Shown here in pieces: positions 12,140 to 24,250 of a DNA stretch of 64,000 nucleotides. The DNA comes from Selaginella moellendorffii (Eukaryota > Plantae > Lycopodiophyta): the NCBI RefSeq assembly GCF_000143415.4, contig NW_003314386.1, positions 104,852 through 168,851 of the forward strand. Direction: 5' to 3'. The translations under genes were made by a program, and so were the position numbers. The number at the start of each line of letters is the position of its first letter. The stretch's first letter is position 1. The notes under the pieces were generated by a model, which saw nothing but the letters and a program-made list of their open reading frames with translations, did not search any database and had not been told where the DNA came from.

Positions 12140-13676
12140 TGGACAAGTGGATGCTATGCATAAACTCTGCGGTGGTAGAACTCTTCCCCGACAACAGTGA
12201 GGAGTTCCAGGAGTATCTGGAGGCACGAAACGCGATCGTTGCAGTGCGACGGCTCGGAAAGAGCACAAAGTTGCGCCAGGGAGGCTCTCGGATCTAGAGA
12301 GCTCCGTTCCTAGCATTGCCGCCAGTGACGACGAGATTGACTGCCTTGTTTGTGTGGTAAACGACACACTTAGCGAAAGGTTCATCGAGTGGATCCCCGG
12401 CTCAGCGTTGAATCGCCATCTCCGACTTATTTAGTACTATTGTTTACAGCAGCTTCACTGAAAGAACGGTCTTTCGCCCAGTTCATGAGCGAGATTGTAA
12501 GCTCACACCCAGCAGCGGCCCCCAGTCCGTGAGAATCCTCTCAATCCCAACGTATATCGCATCTGCCAAGTTTGATGTGTCGATCCCCTGGAAGGTTAAT
12601 CCATCCCTGCGAAACACCTGTGCGAGCTCTCTAGCGTCGCAGCAGAGAAGAACTTGAACGTAACTCGCATACCTCGAGCTTGGTGAGCAGGGCTGTCAAC
12701 GTGGAAGAAGAGGCAGCCGCAGAGGTTCTTCGTAGACTCCATACTTCTCGCCAGATGCAAACCAGCCGTCGAGAGGCTCAGCTGAATCGCTCATGGTCCA
12801 GCCGAGCTCGGGATGGAGGAGTTACTTGTTAGCTCGTGGTGTTCTAGCGTTGCCGCGTAGGAGCATTCCCGAGTGGCGGTAGTCGTTCCAAGAGAGCCTG
12901 TGCTGAGGCTGGAGAAGAACGAGCTTGCGTTCCAACAAGTCGGGACGGCCAACCATCACCCTCCGCCTCGTCTCCAGTGCAGTTTCTTTAGTCCAGGAAC
13001 TGGAGCACACGTAGTCCCAGACTTTGTTTCCAAAGCTTGCAACCAGAGAAAGCTTGGAGCGCTTGGGATCACATCTGAGCTCTTCTTCTATAGAACCGAG
13101 CGTGCCAGATCGTCGATCGCGGCGGTCTGCTAAGGCGTGAGGCAGGAGGAGTACCAAAGAGCTATCACAGCATCAACAGCGTCCCTTCCGAAGGTCCTGA
13201 GCAGCTCGATCATGAGGAAGTTCTTCACTGCGACTTGAGGATTCCAGTCGTTGACGTAGAAAGTTGCCCGGCCTCTGAAAGAATCTGGGAGTCGGCACAC
13301 CGTTTCTATGGCGTTAAGTAGATCTGCTGGTGCTGCAAAACAAAAGCTCGGCTCTTCCGGAGGCTGAAAGCCATCTCTGCTTAGCAGGCCGTGTGCAGGC
13401 ACATTTCCCCAGGGTGCTTCTCCAAACCTTTGCAAAGAGCCCGTGAACCACGAAGACGGACGTAACCCACGAAGGCACGTACTGCTCATCCATCAGCTCC
13501 GACTTACAGGCCTTCTTGCAGTCCTCCTTCTGACATTCCTTGGAGCAATAGCTCACAAGAAAGCAACATTTTGTACCAAAGTTGCTACATGAGCCTTGTT
13601 TCCAGTTGGAGCAGACAGCTGCTTGCCACCGATCCCAGAGCCAAGCTTCACATCCTTACTGCTACCTGCATCCATA
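12140..13676 (-). pseudogene. Decayed MYND zinc-finger + DUF4470-type gene with no visible introns; the 3' ~260 bp lie on the + strand
   Basis: Motifs spread over several frames with stops: CSNWKQGSC..LVSYCSKECQKED (MYND-like), WGNVPA, FYVNDWNPQVAVKNFLMIELL, ALWYSSCL, WTMSDSAEPLDGW, IDTSNLADAIYVGIERILTDWGPLL, SLMNW. Confidence 0.75.
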
Positions 13677-14007
13677 GCTGCAATATGAAAACTCAGCACT
13701 GAGAGAACATCCAAACGCTTGATAGTACCTTCGTGGTTTTAGTGGTAGGGAAGTCTTGACTTCTGAATGTTAGAATGCACACGAATCAAATTTAAGGACC
13801 GCACGGAGTCAAATTCCAACATCACGAAAAGCAATGAAATAAAAGTAAAAGCGACAGTACCGCGATGTGAGACGACTTTACGCGCCTTTGTAAGTACTCT
13901 GATGTGACGACCACCATATGATGCCAATCCGGCGCACACCTTTGACGAGTGCCCACATTATAGAAATATTTTACGAAGGAGCATAAAAGACTTACACCAA
14001 GACTTTG

Positions 14008-15443
14008 ATGGCTGTCTCGGGAATGCCTTCTGCCAAAGCGCTCGTTGCTGCGAGCGAGCCCGTGCGAGTGATCTTCTCTGCTGGCTCTTACTTGGCTGAT
14101 GGTATCCTCACTGTCATCACTCTTGTTCAATACTACAAGTTTCCTGATCAGTTGCTGAGGCGGAATTTCTACAACCTGCTCGTCGTTTTGATCGGATCTC
14201 AGATAGTCAGTGTCGTGGTTTTCAAGTTGAAAATACCTGTCGAGCAGCAGCCAATCCAATCTGCGCTCTTCTTCCCGCTCATACAGCTATGGAACTTGGC
14301 TCGACATCCAAAAGCGTCCATCGACCGGTAAGAGTTCTTTCTTCTTCAATTCAACAATAGATTCATCTAGAAGAAAAAAATAGAAGATACGTACCTTCAC
14401 TACCCTGATGAAGATCCTTCCTGGTTGCCAGGCGAGAGATGAGCACCAAGAGCACGCTCTTCAGCATCGTTATGCTGACCGTCAAGTCCAGCCAGGCACT
14501 CGCGATCGAGTATGATGCCATCTACAAAAAAAGGCTCTCTTCACCCGGTAACTCCTTCATCTCACCAGTTCTCATCCTCGGGGTCATAGCCACACTGGTC
14601 TCCGGAACTCTGAATGGAAGCATTGCGGTGGCGTCCAAAACAACCAACGCAAACTCGTGGAAGAAGAAAGCTGGCGTAGCCATCCTCGCAGGTCGAAGAG
14701 AGACAAGCTTTTTCTTCTCTTTGTTTCAAGCCGGATTCACTGTTTTCTTCCTTGCAGGCCTTCATATTGGATCAGCCATCCTACTGAATGCCATCTCTTG
14801 CTCGGTCTTTGTGATCACGGGAGTCTCATACTTTCCCTTCGTGATCGTCCTTCTCTCCACCAGCGGCATCCTCCTGTGGCTCCTCTTCTGGCTAGTTCTC
14901 ACACGGGGACCCAAGATAAACCTCAAACAATCCACCGGGGCAGTGATCGCGGCCTTCATGAGCTTCTGTGCTTCGCCACTCTACGTCCTGGCCAGCGATG
15001 CCCACGAACACAAGGAGCTTGGCACTCGACGCTACCGGATCAAGCTCCTGTTCATGGGAATCGTCAAACTGGCGCCGGAAGTAGCGTCCTGGATCCTTCT
15101 TTTCCGGCGGCCCCGGCCACAGATTGCCAACGCGATGTTCTTCGCTCGCCTGGGATTGGCACAGGCGACGTATTTCGCCTCTGGGATCGCCATTCTCTGG
15201 CTGGATTATCGTTGCGGCCCCGTTCCCAGTGGCCATGCAGAGACCGCAGCGATGGAGATCAATGCTGCCGGCGTCGTCCCGGGCGAGCAAGATTGCGATC
15301 GTCCTGCGATCGACCTCGTCCCGGGCGAGCAAGATTTCGACCGTCCTGCGATCGACCTCGTCCCCAGCAAGCAAGATTTCGGCGATCCTGGGCAGAATTT
15401 CGTCGATCTTGTTGTGGCAGAAGCTCCCAAGCTGGAGAAATGA
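14008..15443 (+). CDS. Multi-pass membrane protein of unknown function (exons 14008-14327 and 14432-15443)
   Basis: A GT..AG intron at 14328-14431 joins ORFs 14005 and 14439 in frame (..SIDR|REMSTK..). There are many hydrophobic segments. Confidence 0.7.
15274..15390 (+). repeat. 42-bp coding tandem repeat, ~2.7 copies (VPGEQDxDRPAIDL)
   Basis: Direct repeats of tcgtcccgggcgagcaagatt..cgatcgacc start at 15274, 15316 and 15358. Confidence 0.9.
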
Positions 15444-16089
15444 TCCAAAACATCTCCGATTCGAGGAAGCTCGGAGTATATCTGCGGCCTGTGCCTCGCA
15501 TTCTACCTATCCCAGCACAAGAATCTCGCTTACTTGCCGCTAGACGAGGCGATCTCTCCAAACTCCCAAGAACCCTAAAATATTTGCTAGGGTTCTAACG
15601 TTAGCTTTGAGGCATTTGTTTAGAATTCCTTCCTTCTCCTTTGGCGATCACGAAGATTGCGCTGGAAGCTTGGCGCAGCGACAAGTCAATGGAGCGAGGA
15701 AGCTTTCGCGAGCGAGAAGGTCTGGATGGAGCAGCATTGTCAAACGACGCACATTCTGGCGCTCACGATCGCTCGCGTTCGCGATTAAAAAATTGGCGAT
15801 CCGGGGGCAAGTCCGTTGGATCGGTGGCCATGGCGGGCGTGCACGCAAAGAAGGCCTCGCGGGAATATCACCTCCACTTTGTGGCGATTTTTCCATTGCT
15901 TGGAATCGGCTTGCGCGGCCTGGCACTGGCGTGGATTGATGCACTTCGAGCGAATTCTTTTCCCGGAAGTTGTGAAGAAGAATACTCTTCTTCTTCTTCG
16001 TCTTCCACTACTTGTAGCTCTTCTTCCACCAGTTCCATCGCCTGGGAATGGTTTTGGAGTAGAAGAAAGGAACTTGGAGCTCTCTTTAG

Positions 16090-17569
16090 ATGGGGCTACT
16101 GTTGCTGCTTCTCGTGGCGTTGATCCATGCAAACACGGGAGTTTGCTCCAAGGTAAGATGAGATGATCTTCCATCGCGGTAAAAGCTTTTTGATGTTCTT
16201 CCAGGTAAGAACCTTGGAGGAACCGAGCGGATCTCTCCAGCTCCACTCGTCTAGTAAGCATTGACAGAAGTTTAAGCATCTCAAACGATCTTTGCTTGCA
16301 GGAAAATGCACGAGCGATGGAGCTTCATGCGCTCAGGTATAAGATCATACGTTCTTCTTCCACAGTTATACAACGATTTCTTCATCTTTTCTTCTTTGTC
16401 TCACCAGGCAACCCGAGGTAGAACTTTGGAGGAAGAGAACAGACGTCCGAGCCGAGCGCTCCTCCAGGCAGCAGCATCACCAAGTAAGCATCCATCCACA
16501 GAACTTTTCACAAATCTTCGAACTAAGTTCCATTGTTTCCTTTCGAGCAGCCAGGTGTAACAGCGATGGAACCACTTGCCAGTTCCAATGCGGCTCCGGC
16601 CGCGCGCTCCCATCCTGCGCTTACGGCTTCGCTGGCGGTCTCACAGGCGGTGCCAATGGAAGGTCCTACGTCGTCACCCGGCCCGACGACAATCCCACGG
16701 ATCCACAAAAGGGAAGCCTGCGCTACGGAGTGAGCTTGAATCCCAAGTCCGGTGGAGTGTGGATAACTTTCTCCAAGACCATGATCATCCAGCTCCGCGA
16801 GATGCTGTGGATCCGGAGCGACACCACCATCGATGGCCGCGGCAGCAACATCACCATCACCGGCCGCTCCATCGTCCTCGCCGGCGTCACCAACGTCATC
16901 CTCCACAACTTCCAGATCAACAGCGTTCCAGAGACCGACACCGTGCACGTCTTCGCGGGATCCAAGCGCATCTGGATCGACCACCTTACGAGCTTCTCCG
17001 GATCGGAGGGCCTCGTCTCGGTCGTCCAGGGATCCACCGACGTGACCATCTCGAACTGCTACCTCTCCAACCGCGATTTCAACATGCTCCTCGGCGCCTC
17101 GGACAGCGATCGCCAGGACAGCGTGATGCGAGTGACCGTCTTTCGCAACTGGTTCCGCGATTCCACGCAGAGGATGCCGCACTGCCGATTCGGCTACTGT
17201 CACGTCGTCAACAATCTCTACTCCAACTGGGGATACTACGCGCTGGGAGCTCGAGTGACCGCCACCATCTTGAGCGAGTTCAACGTCTTTGTGGCCGGAT
17301 CCAAGAAGGAGGTGACGCCCTGGTTCGCTGGAGCGAACTCGGGAAATCTGGACATGACCGCGGTGATCCAGTCGAAGAACGATTCGCTCCGGAACGGGAG
17401 TACTTTCCACCAGTTTCTCCAGCGGCAATCCAGAGCAGATGATCCGCCTTACAGGAAGAGCGCATTCTATCCGCCGCGAAGACCGACTAGAGATCTTGCT
17501 GGATACGTGCAACGCTGCGCCGGAGCGCTGTTTGGATCCAGGCTTCGCAGATGTATCGCTAAGAGCTAG
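16090..17569 (+). CDS. Pectate lyase (polysaccharide lyase family 1), secreted; exons 16090-16152, 16205-16253, 16302-16336, 16408-16483, 16551-17569
   Basis: GFAGGLTGG..YVVT..DD...GSLRYG, TTIDGRG, IWIDH and QRMPHCRFGYCHVVNN motifs. Signal peptide MGLLLLLLVALIHA. Four short GT-AG introns preserve the frame. Confidence 0.88.
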
Positions 17570-17819
17570 GAGAACCCCGGAACGATGCATGCCAGCCGCC
17601 CGATTTCGTGTAAATTCCAAATTCTTTTCTAGAACCCTCTGGAACCGTCCGATTCGAGTTTTGTACTTTCTTTGTCACTAGGGTTTGCGTGTCGCGAGCT
17701 CGCGATTCTTCCAGCTCGCAGGGAGGGCGTGGCGCGCGCCTGTGATGAAATTGCGACGGGTATGGTAGCAGGGATTACTGGCGATTTGGCGCGCATTTGA
17801 GTGTCTGGCTTGGCGCAAG

Positions 17820-18567
17820 ATGTTTGGGGTGGTTTTCCCGAATCGCAGCTTCCCGATGGACGCCGCGAGCTTCCAGCAGATCGACATTGCGCACTGGGTG
17901 CTCGACATGAGCGTTTTCCTGGGTAAGTCTGAGTTTGCGAAGAAATCCTTTGCTTCTTTGCTTGAAATTGCGAAGAACGAGAGAAGAGAGCTCATTCTTT
18001 CTTCTCTGTTCTTCCCGAGAGGCTATCATTTCTTGCTTGGTCTTTAGTTTTCGAAGAAGAGAGCTCTCTCTAAAGTTTTTTCCTCTTGGTTACACAGGAG
18101 AAGGCTACGAGGAAGTGAAAGAAATGTGTATCTTCCTTCTCAACGAGCTCTCGCTCCCTCCGGAGAAAGCTCTCGCGGTTTACGTCCAGTCCCCGGGATC
18201 GCAGTTCCAGTACTGTGGAGCCGTCCACAAGGCTTGTCCCTCGGCAGTGGTGACGCTGCTGTGGCCAAAGCCCGGCGGCCAGATGCAAATCATGGCCTCC
18301 GAGACGCAGCCACTCACTGCCAAGATCGGCCTCGCGGTGGAGGACCTCGTCTCGCTCCCGGCTCTCAACGTTGGCAACTACAAGAAGGTGGAGGATCTGG
18401 CGCTCAAGGTTGGCGAGAATCTCTTCAACTTCATGCAGTCGTTTTGCAGCCAGGAGAATGGGAGGATGGTTGTCCCGCTCGACATCCTGGAGAAATGGTT
18501 CAAGAAGTTTCAAGACAAGGCAAAGAAGGATCCAGAGTACCTCAAGCGATTTACCACCTCGTCGTAG
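17820..18567 (+). CDS. OPI10: OPI10/Hikeshi-like (DUF775) protein; exons 17820-17922 and 18098-18567
   Basis: MFGVVFPNRSFPMD...HWVLDM spliced to EMCIFLLN..LPPEKALAVYVQSPGS...GENLFNFMQSF...WFKKFQ. Confidence 0.88.
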
Positions 18568-18659
18568 CTCCCGGAAAGTTTTGCTGTAAAGAGATCTCTA
18601 GGATGAATACAGTGCATAGCCTCTCTTCTAGCCGGCTCCCTCTCTTCAAATTGTTTTAC

Positions 18660-21098
18660 TCAAAAGCCAACGTACTGCATGTACTCCGAGTACTGCCCGT
18701 TTTGCAGGCCGATCGGTGCTCTCAGCACGAAATCGGGCACTCCAAAACCGTCGACCAGTTCCTTGGCAACGCCGCGGACTTCGTAAGATAAATACTCCAC
18801 CAAACGATGGATAGCCTGCGACAAAGAAAACGTGTTAAGCTTGAATTGTGTCGAAGAGTTTCTTACTCACCTTGGCTTTGTTTGGTGCAACGTAGTCCTG
18901 GTTTCTATACGTTCCAATGTCTTCCCAGATTCGATCCAGAGCATACAAGTCGCACACTAGCTTGAGCAGCGAGCGGACATCTTTGTCCGGGCAACTGCAA
19001 CACACGAAAACTTTCATACCTGGAGACGAAACGGGAGAACAACTTACCGGTTGACAGCTTCAATGAACTTTGCAAGAATGACGGATTCAATATGTGACTC
19101 GGCCAGAGTGAGGAGGTGGTTCAAGCAGCGATTCCATGCACCAAAGCTTCCTAAGCGTTGGGAGTGCTTGCGCAAGCGCAACGCAGCAGTGTGGAGCAGC
19201 CTTGCCGTCCGGTACTGCGAAACAAACCGAAATAATATCAGTTGACCAACTGAAACTGACTGAAAGCTGTTGATACCGAACCTGAAAAGCGTCAAGCTGG
19301 AAGTTGGGATCTCGGAGATGGCCGTGGCCTTCTCGATGCGTCACGACAGGATTTGTCTGGTTCAAGTAAGTCCCCATTGATTCTCTTAAATAGTTCCATG
19401 TCACACTCAAGGCACCTCCTTGAAACTTCTCCTTGTACTGCTTCAAAAGGTCTGCAGCTACCTGAAATGAGAAAGTTTTAAGGAAATGAGCAACCACAAG
19501 CGAAATAGTTGTCAACCTTACCTGCTGTAGCAAAACCGTGTTGTCCCCTTCAAACGTCTGGAAAATGTCGTGATCGTTTCGGAGGCTGCCGAATCGATTC
19601 ACTGCTGCATAACCATGTCCACCACAAGCTTCTCGGCAAGTACTCAATGCCTTCGCCGTGTAGGAAGTAATGTACGACTTGAGACCCGCAGAGAGAGCGT
19701 GAACATCTGCGACCACCTCGTCGTCATGCGTAACTTTCATCTCGGCATATCTGTTCACCAGGTACTGGGTAGCGAAGTGAAAACCATAAGTCGAAGCTAG
19801 CAGTGGCATCAATCTTTGCTGGTGAGACTGGTAGTCGAGTATGCTGATCTCTGGCTTGTTTGGAGGGCCAAATTGTTGCCTGAGAAGCGCATACCGGATG
19901 GCAATGGTGACGGATGCTTTTAGAACACCGACTGATCCATAAGCTAGCCCAACTCTTCCTCCAACCAATTCCCCAAGTGTAGCTGCAAACCTCTTGTTCA
20001 CGGTTGGCAGCGAACTGTTATACTCTCCATCCCTTGAAACGTCGCCAAACCGGTTCAAGAGATTGTCTCGGGGAATCCTGACGTTGCTGAATCGTAATGC
20101 ACCATTGTCGACACCGTTGAGACCAACTTTGTAGCCACAGTCGCGGATTTCCACACCAGGAAGAACGGAGTGATCTTCCATACTTCTGATGGGAACAATG
20201 AAGGCGTGCACGCCCATGTCTTTGTCCAGATGCGAGTCCGGCGAAGGAAGCTTGAGCCGAGCAAAAACGGTAGCGAACTTGCCATGGACCGCAGCGTTTC
20301 CAATCCACCATTTAGTCGCACCTTCGTCGGGAGTGTTGATCACGAACTCGTCCGTGAGCCTGTCGAAAGTCGCAGTGGTTTGCAATGCTTGAACGTTGGA
20401 ACCTGGATAAAGAACCAATTTTTCAGCAACGTTGCAGAGAAGAACAAAAGCCAAGATCACATACCATGATGCAACTCCGTCATTGCAAAGCATCCTGGAT
20501 AATCGAGATTTGATATACCAGCCAAGTATTTGTCACGGTGTTTTTTTGTTCCAAGATTGATGACGCTACCACCCCAGAGACTAAAGTGACACATTGTCAA
20601 GATAGAATAGTAAAGAAGAAACCTTTCTTACCTGAATTGCACACCCAGCTTGATCGCAAGCGAGAGATCGATGTGCCCAATCGCCTCAGTGAAAACGAAG
20701 TAGCTCGCGGGATCGTTGAGAAGAAGCTCCATCGGACGAATCCCAGCCTCACGGACCACCGCAGTGAGCTGCCTCATACACAGCTCCCTGTGCTTGTCCT
20801 TGTGAATTTCCACCGGGGTTTGCAAGTGAGGCCGCTCGAGAAAGAATCGATAGACCTTCTCCTGCTCGGATTGATGGCCCTGAGTCAAGAATTCCACCAG
20901 CGTCGAGACGTGGACCTGGTGCTTGATCTTCACCTTGGCACACTCCTGCCGCGCGAGCTGCGCTTCCCTGACCAGCGGCACAGCCGCCATGTGAGACGCT
21001 AGCCTCTCCAGCCTGCTCGCGCTGCGCTCCTGATCCTTCTTGGAAATATTTCGCCGGGAATCCGAGAGATTTCGCTGCGATTCCCCCTCCATTGCCAT
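18660..21098 (-). CDS. ACX2: Peroxisomal acyl-CoA oxidase 2 (multi-exon)
   Basis: [50 protein letters not shown] and TFEGDNTVL motifs. PTS2-like RLERLASHM near the N-terminus. Ends YMQYVGF* at 18660. Confidence 0.93.
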
Positions 21099-21486
21099 GG
21101 ATCGATCGATCGATGACTGCCAATGCGCTGCTCCAGCAGCGGCAGTGCGGTGATGGCGCTAGGGCTAGCTGATCAAGATTGAAGAACCGACCTGGAGATT
21201 TGGGGCCGGATGATCGCGGCCAGCATTCAAAGCGCTCGAATTCCAATGCGATCGATCTTATCCGGGAATTCTTCCTCTCTAGAACAAGAAAACAAACATT
21301 GATCGCTTCTCTTTAAACGGCAAAGAGCGCTCCACTCACACGCCACCGCCGTCCCCACTCTTGAGCAAGGACGTGTCCTTGACAAAGTCCCAGTGGAAAA
21401 CCGAGCTCCTATTCTTAGTAAGCCTGCCAGGTGTAGTCGGTACTAACTGCCACGTTAACCTTTTGGAAGATACAGCCACGTGGCGG

Positions 21487-23403
21487 CTATCCAATGGAGG
21501 AGAGCGTTACATACGGCGTCACGCTCGCTGGATCGAGCTTTGCTAGGGTTTGCGCGACGCCTCGCGCTTGTGCTTGGTCCTCGCGATGGATCTTGGATGC
21601 GCCGAGCAGCGCGCCATAGGCGACAGGATCCGGCACGAATGGCATCGCGTGGATCATCTCCTCGGCCAGGCGGAGCTGCCCGATCCGGCCTAGCCCGTCG
21701 ACGATCAGGGAGAAATGCTCGCGCAGTGGAAGGATTTCGTGGTCTTGGATCATCAGGCGCAGGAGCTGGCGCGCTAGATCGAGCTTCCCGGCGTGGCTGC
21801 AAGCGATGAGAATGCTGGTGAAGGAGATCTGGTTAGGCTCGATCCCATCCATCTCCAGGGCTCGAAATAACTGCGCTGCGCGATCGGCCAAGCCAGAGTA
21901 GGCGAATGCCGCCACCATCGCCGTCCAGGGGATGAGATCTCGGTGGGGCATTCTCTCGAACAGCGCTGTTGCGGTTCTAAGATCGCTACTCTGGCACAGG
22001 GAGACGATCATTGTGGTGATCGCGACGGCATCACGAAAGGGCATGGCATCAAACACTCCTTTCGCGGCCTTGTGGTGGCCATTGAGGGCGAATCCGTGAA
22101 GAAGAGCGTTCCAGGACACGATGTTGGGCTCTGGCATCTCCTCGAAGATCAATCTCCCTTGGTGGGGCTCTCCATTCAGCATGAAAGCAGTGATCATCGA
22201 GTTCCACGACACGGAGCTCAGCGCTGGCATCGAATCAAACAGGCGTCGCGCTTCGTGGGTTTGCCCGATCTGGGCATAGGCAGAGATCATCGTGTTCGTG
22301 GAGACTAGATTGGGCTCCGGCATCGAATCATACAGGAACTTTGCATCCTCCAGTGATCCAGTTTGAGCGTGCGCGGAGATAAGGATGTTCCAGGTGGTGG
22401 AGTCTCTTCTCGGCATGGAATTGAAAAGGGTCTTGGCTTTGGAGAGCTGACCATTCTGGGCAAATCCCTCGATCATGGCATTGTAGGTGACTATGTTCTT
22501 CTCTACCGATTGATCAAACAGGAGCTTGGCCTCGTCAATGCGACCGTGCGACGAAAGCGCTTGGATCATTGCGGTGATCGCAACAACGTTGTGTTGTGGC
22601 ATTCGATCGAATATAAGTTTTGCTTCGTGGAAATGCCCTTCCAGGACGTATGCCGAAACTAAGAGATTCCACGACGCTAGAGTTCTTTCGGGCATCTTTT
22701 CAAACATTTTCTTGGCTGAAGCTATGTTTCCAGAGTTTGCAAAGGCCGTGATCATTTCGTTCCAAGTGACAACATTGTGCTCGGGCATTCTCCTTAGTAA
22801 CACATTGGCTCGTTCTAAATGCCCGAATGCGGCAAATGCGTTTACAATCACATTCCAAGTTACGATGTTTCTCTCGGGGGTATCCACAAACAGTTTCTCC
22901 ACGCGCTCAAGATCTCCAGCATCTGAAAATCCTTTTAGCAATGCAGTCCAGGAGACCACATTACGCTCCGGCATCGAATCAAACAGCAATTCTGCTCTCT
23001 CCAAATGCCTAGTCTGGGCATACCCTGTAAGCATTGCATTTGAAGAGGGTATATCAGCAACAGGAACTTCGTCGAACATTTCTTTAGCCAAATCAACATA
23101 GCCATCTTTAAAAAAAGCGACAATCATAATTGTAAGGACAATCGTACTCCACTCAGGCATTTGATTTAGCAAATATTTTGCGTTATCAAGATGCCCAGCC
23201 TGGGCATAAGCAGATACCATCACGGTCCAAGTCACAATGTTCTTCTCAGGCATTCGATTGAAAAGAAGCCTAGCTTTGTGAATCCACCCCTTCAGCGAGT
23301 AAGCTTGGAGCATCCTTGTCCAAGTAACAACATCTCTGAATCCTTGATTTGCATTTCTATAGCTTGAAAAGCCTTGGCATCCAATGCATATCATCAAAAT
23401 CAC
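21487..23403 (-). CDS. PPR protein dominated by short 31-aa (S/SS-type) repeats, with E-like end (intronless)
   Basis: 638-aa ORF of tandem MPERNVVSW..M..A....G....A..LF repeats, followed by HFSLIVDGLGRIG. Confidence 0.9.
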   Translation of the reverse strand: MILMICIGCQGFSSYRNANQGFRDVVTWTRMLQAYSLKGWIHKARLLFNRMPEKNIVTWTVMVSAYAQAGHLDNAKYLLNQMPEWSTIVLTIMIVAFFKDGYVDLAKEMFDEVPVADIPSSNAMLTGYAQTRHLERAELLFDSMPERNVVSWTALLKGFSDAGDLERVEKLFVDTPERNIVTWNVIVNAFAAFGHLERANVLLRRMPEHNVVTWNEMITAFANSGNIASAKKMFEKMPERTLASWNLLVSAYVLEGHFHEAKLIFDRMPQHNVVAITAMIQALSSHGRIDEAKLLFDQSVEKNIVTYNAMIEGFAQNGQLSKAKTLFNSMPRRDSTTWNILISAHAQTGSLEDAKFLYDSMPEPNLVSTNTMISAYAQIGQTHEARRLFDSMPALSSVSWNSMITAFMLNGEPHQGRLIFEEMPEPNIVSWNALLHGFALNGHHKAAKGVFDAMPFRDAVAITTMIVSLCQSSDLRTATALFERMPHRDLIPWTAMVAAFAYSGLADRAAQLFRALEMDGIEPNQISFTSILIACSHAGKLDLARQLLRLMIQDHEILPLREHFSLIVDGLGRIGQLRLAEEMIHAMPFVPDPVAYGALLGASKIHREDQAQARGVAQTLAKLDPASVTPYVTLSSIG

Positions 23404-24061
23404 TCAAAGAAGATATTCTCTTCGCTCCTGGTCTAGTCAAAGTTTAGTCAACGTTTGAGTCCACGGAGAGCAAGAAATCCTCAAATCGCAGTGTCCTTGA
23501 GACATCTTTCAAAGCTCCAAAGCTTCTCATTTGAAATAAATAGATTTGCAATAATAACTGGCAATTCCTCCAATAGCAAGTAGCCGTGACTCCTTGGGAA
23601 GAATATTTGTAAATACTACTTCAAGATCGATTTTGAATTTACAATGATTTAGCAATGATGGTTAAAACATTGAGCCTAAAATTAAACTTAGGTTTTGGGT
23701 TTATAATTATATAATAATAGTTTCATAACTATTTGCATATTATTATTCAATACTATTGAGGTTAGCTGTGATACAACGAATAACAAAATTATTTGTACAT
23801 TATACAATTCAGCTTCAATAAATTCAACTCAAATACGAACTGCTTTGCTAATTGTTAGTTACTGAATGATAATGAATGTTTAGCATATGATCCTAGGTAA
23901 TGGAAAATAATTAGTATGGTAATTTTTTAAATTGCAAATAGTAATGTTTGTAATATATGTTTGAGGTTTTCATACTCTAAGATTTTAGTTCTCTTTAATA
24001 ACTCAATCGTTGAATATTATTTATCACATTCCAAGTTCTCTCAGGGATATTCAAATTAATC

Positions 24062-24250
24062 TCTTTACACGCTCAAAATCTCCAGCATCTGAAAACCCCT
24101 TTACCATTGCAGCCCAGGAAACCAAATTTTAGCTCCGGCATCGAATCAAACACCAATTCTGCTCTCCAAATGCCTAGCATATCCTGTAAACACTGTATTT
24201 GAAGAGGGTATGTTAGGGACAATCAAACATTTATTTAGCTAAATCAAGCA
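24062..24250 (-). pseudogene. Degenerate partial duplicate of the adjacent PPR gene (~22896-23095)
   Basis: cacgctcaaaatctccagcatctgaaaa...ctccggcatcgaatcaaaca..aattctgctctccaaatgcctag matches ~22900-23010 with indels. Confidence 0.85.

Noticed and set aside
15274-15390. Short direct repeats considered as a CRISPR-like array
   Set aside because: Contiguous in-frame coding repeats with no unique spacers, in a eukaryotic context with no cas genes.
14657-17620. Long ORFs 14657-15598, 16523-17620 and 16576-17442
   Set aside because: They overlap better-supported genes in other frames or strands and have Arg/Pro-rich shadow composition.
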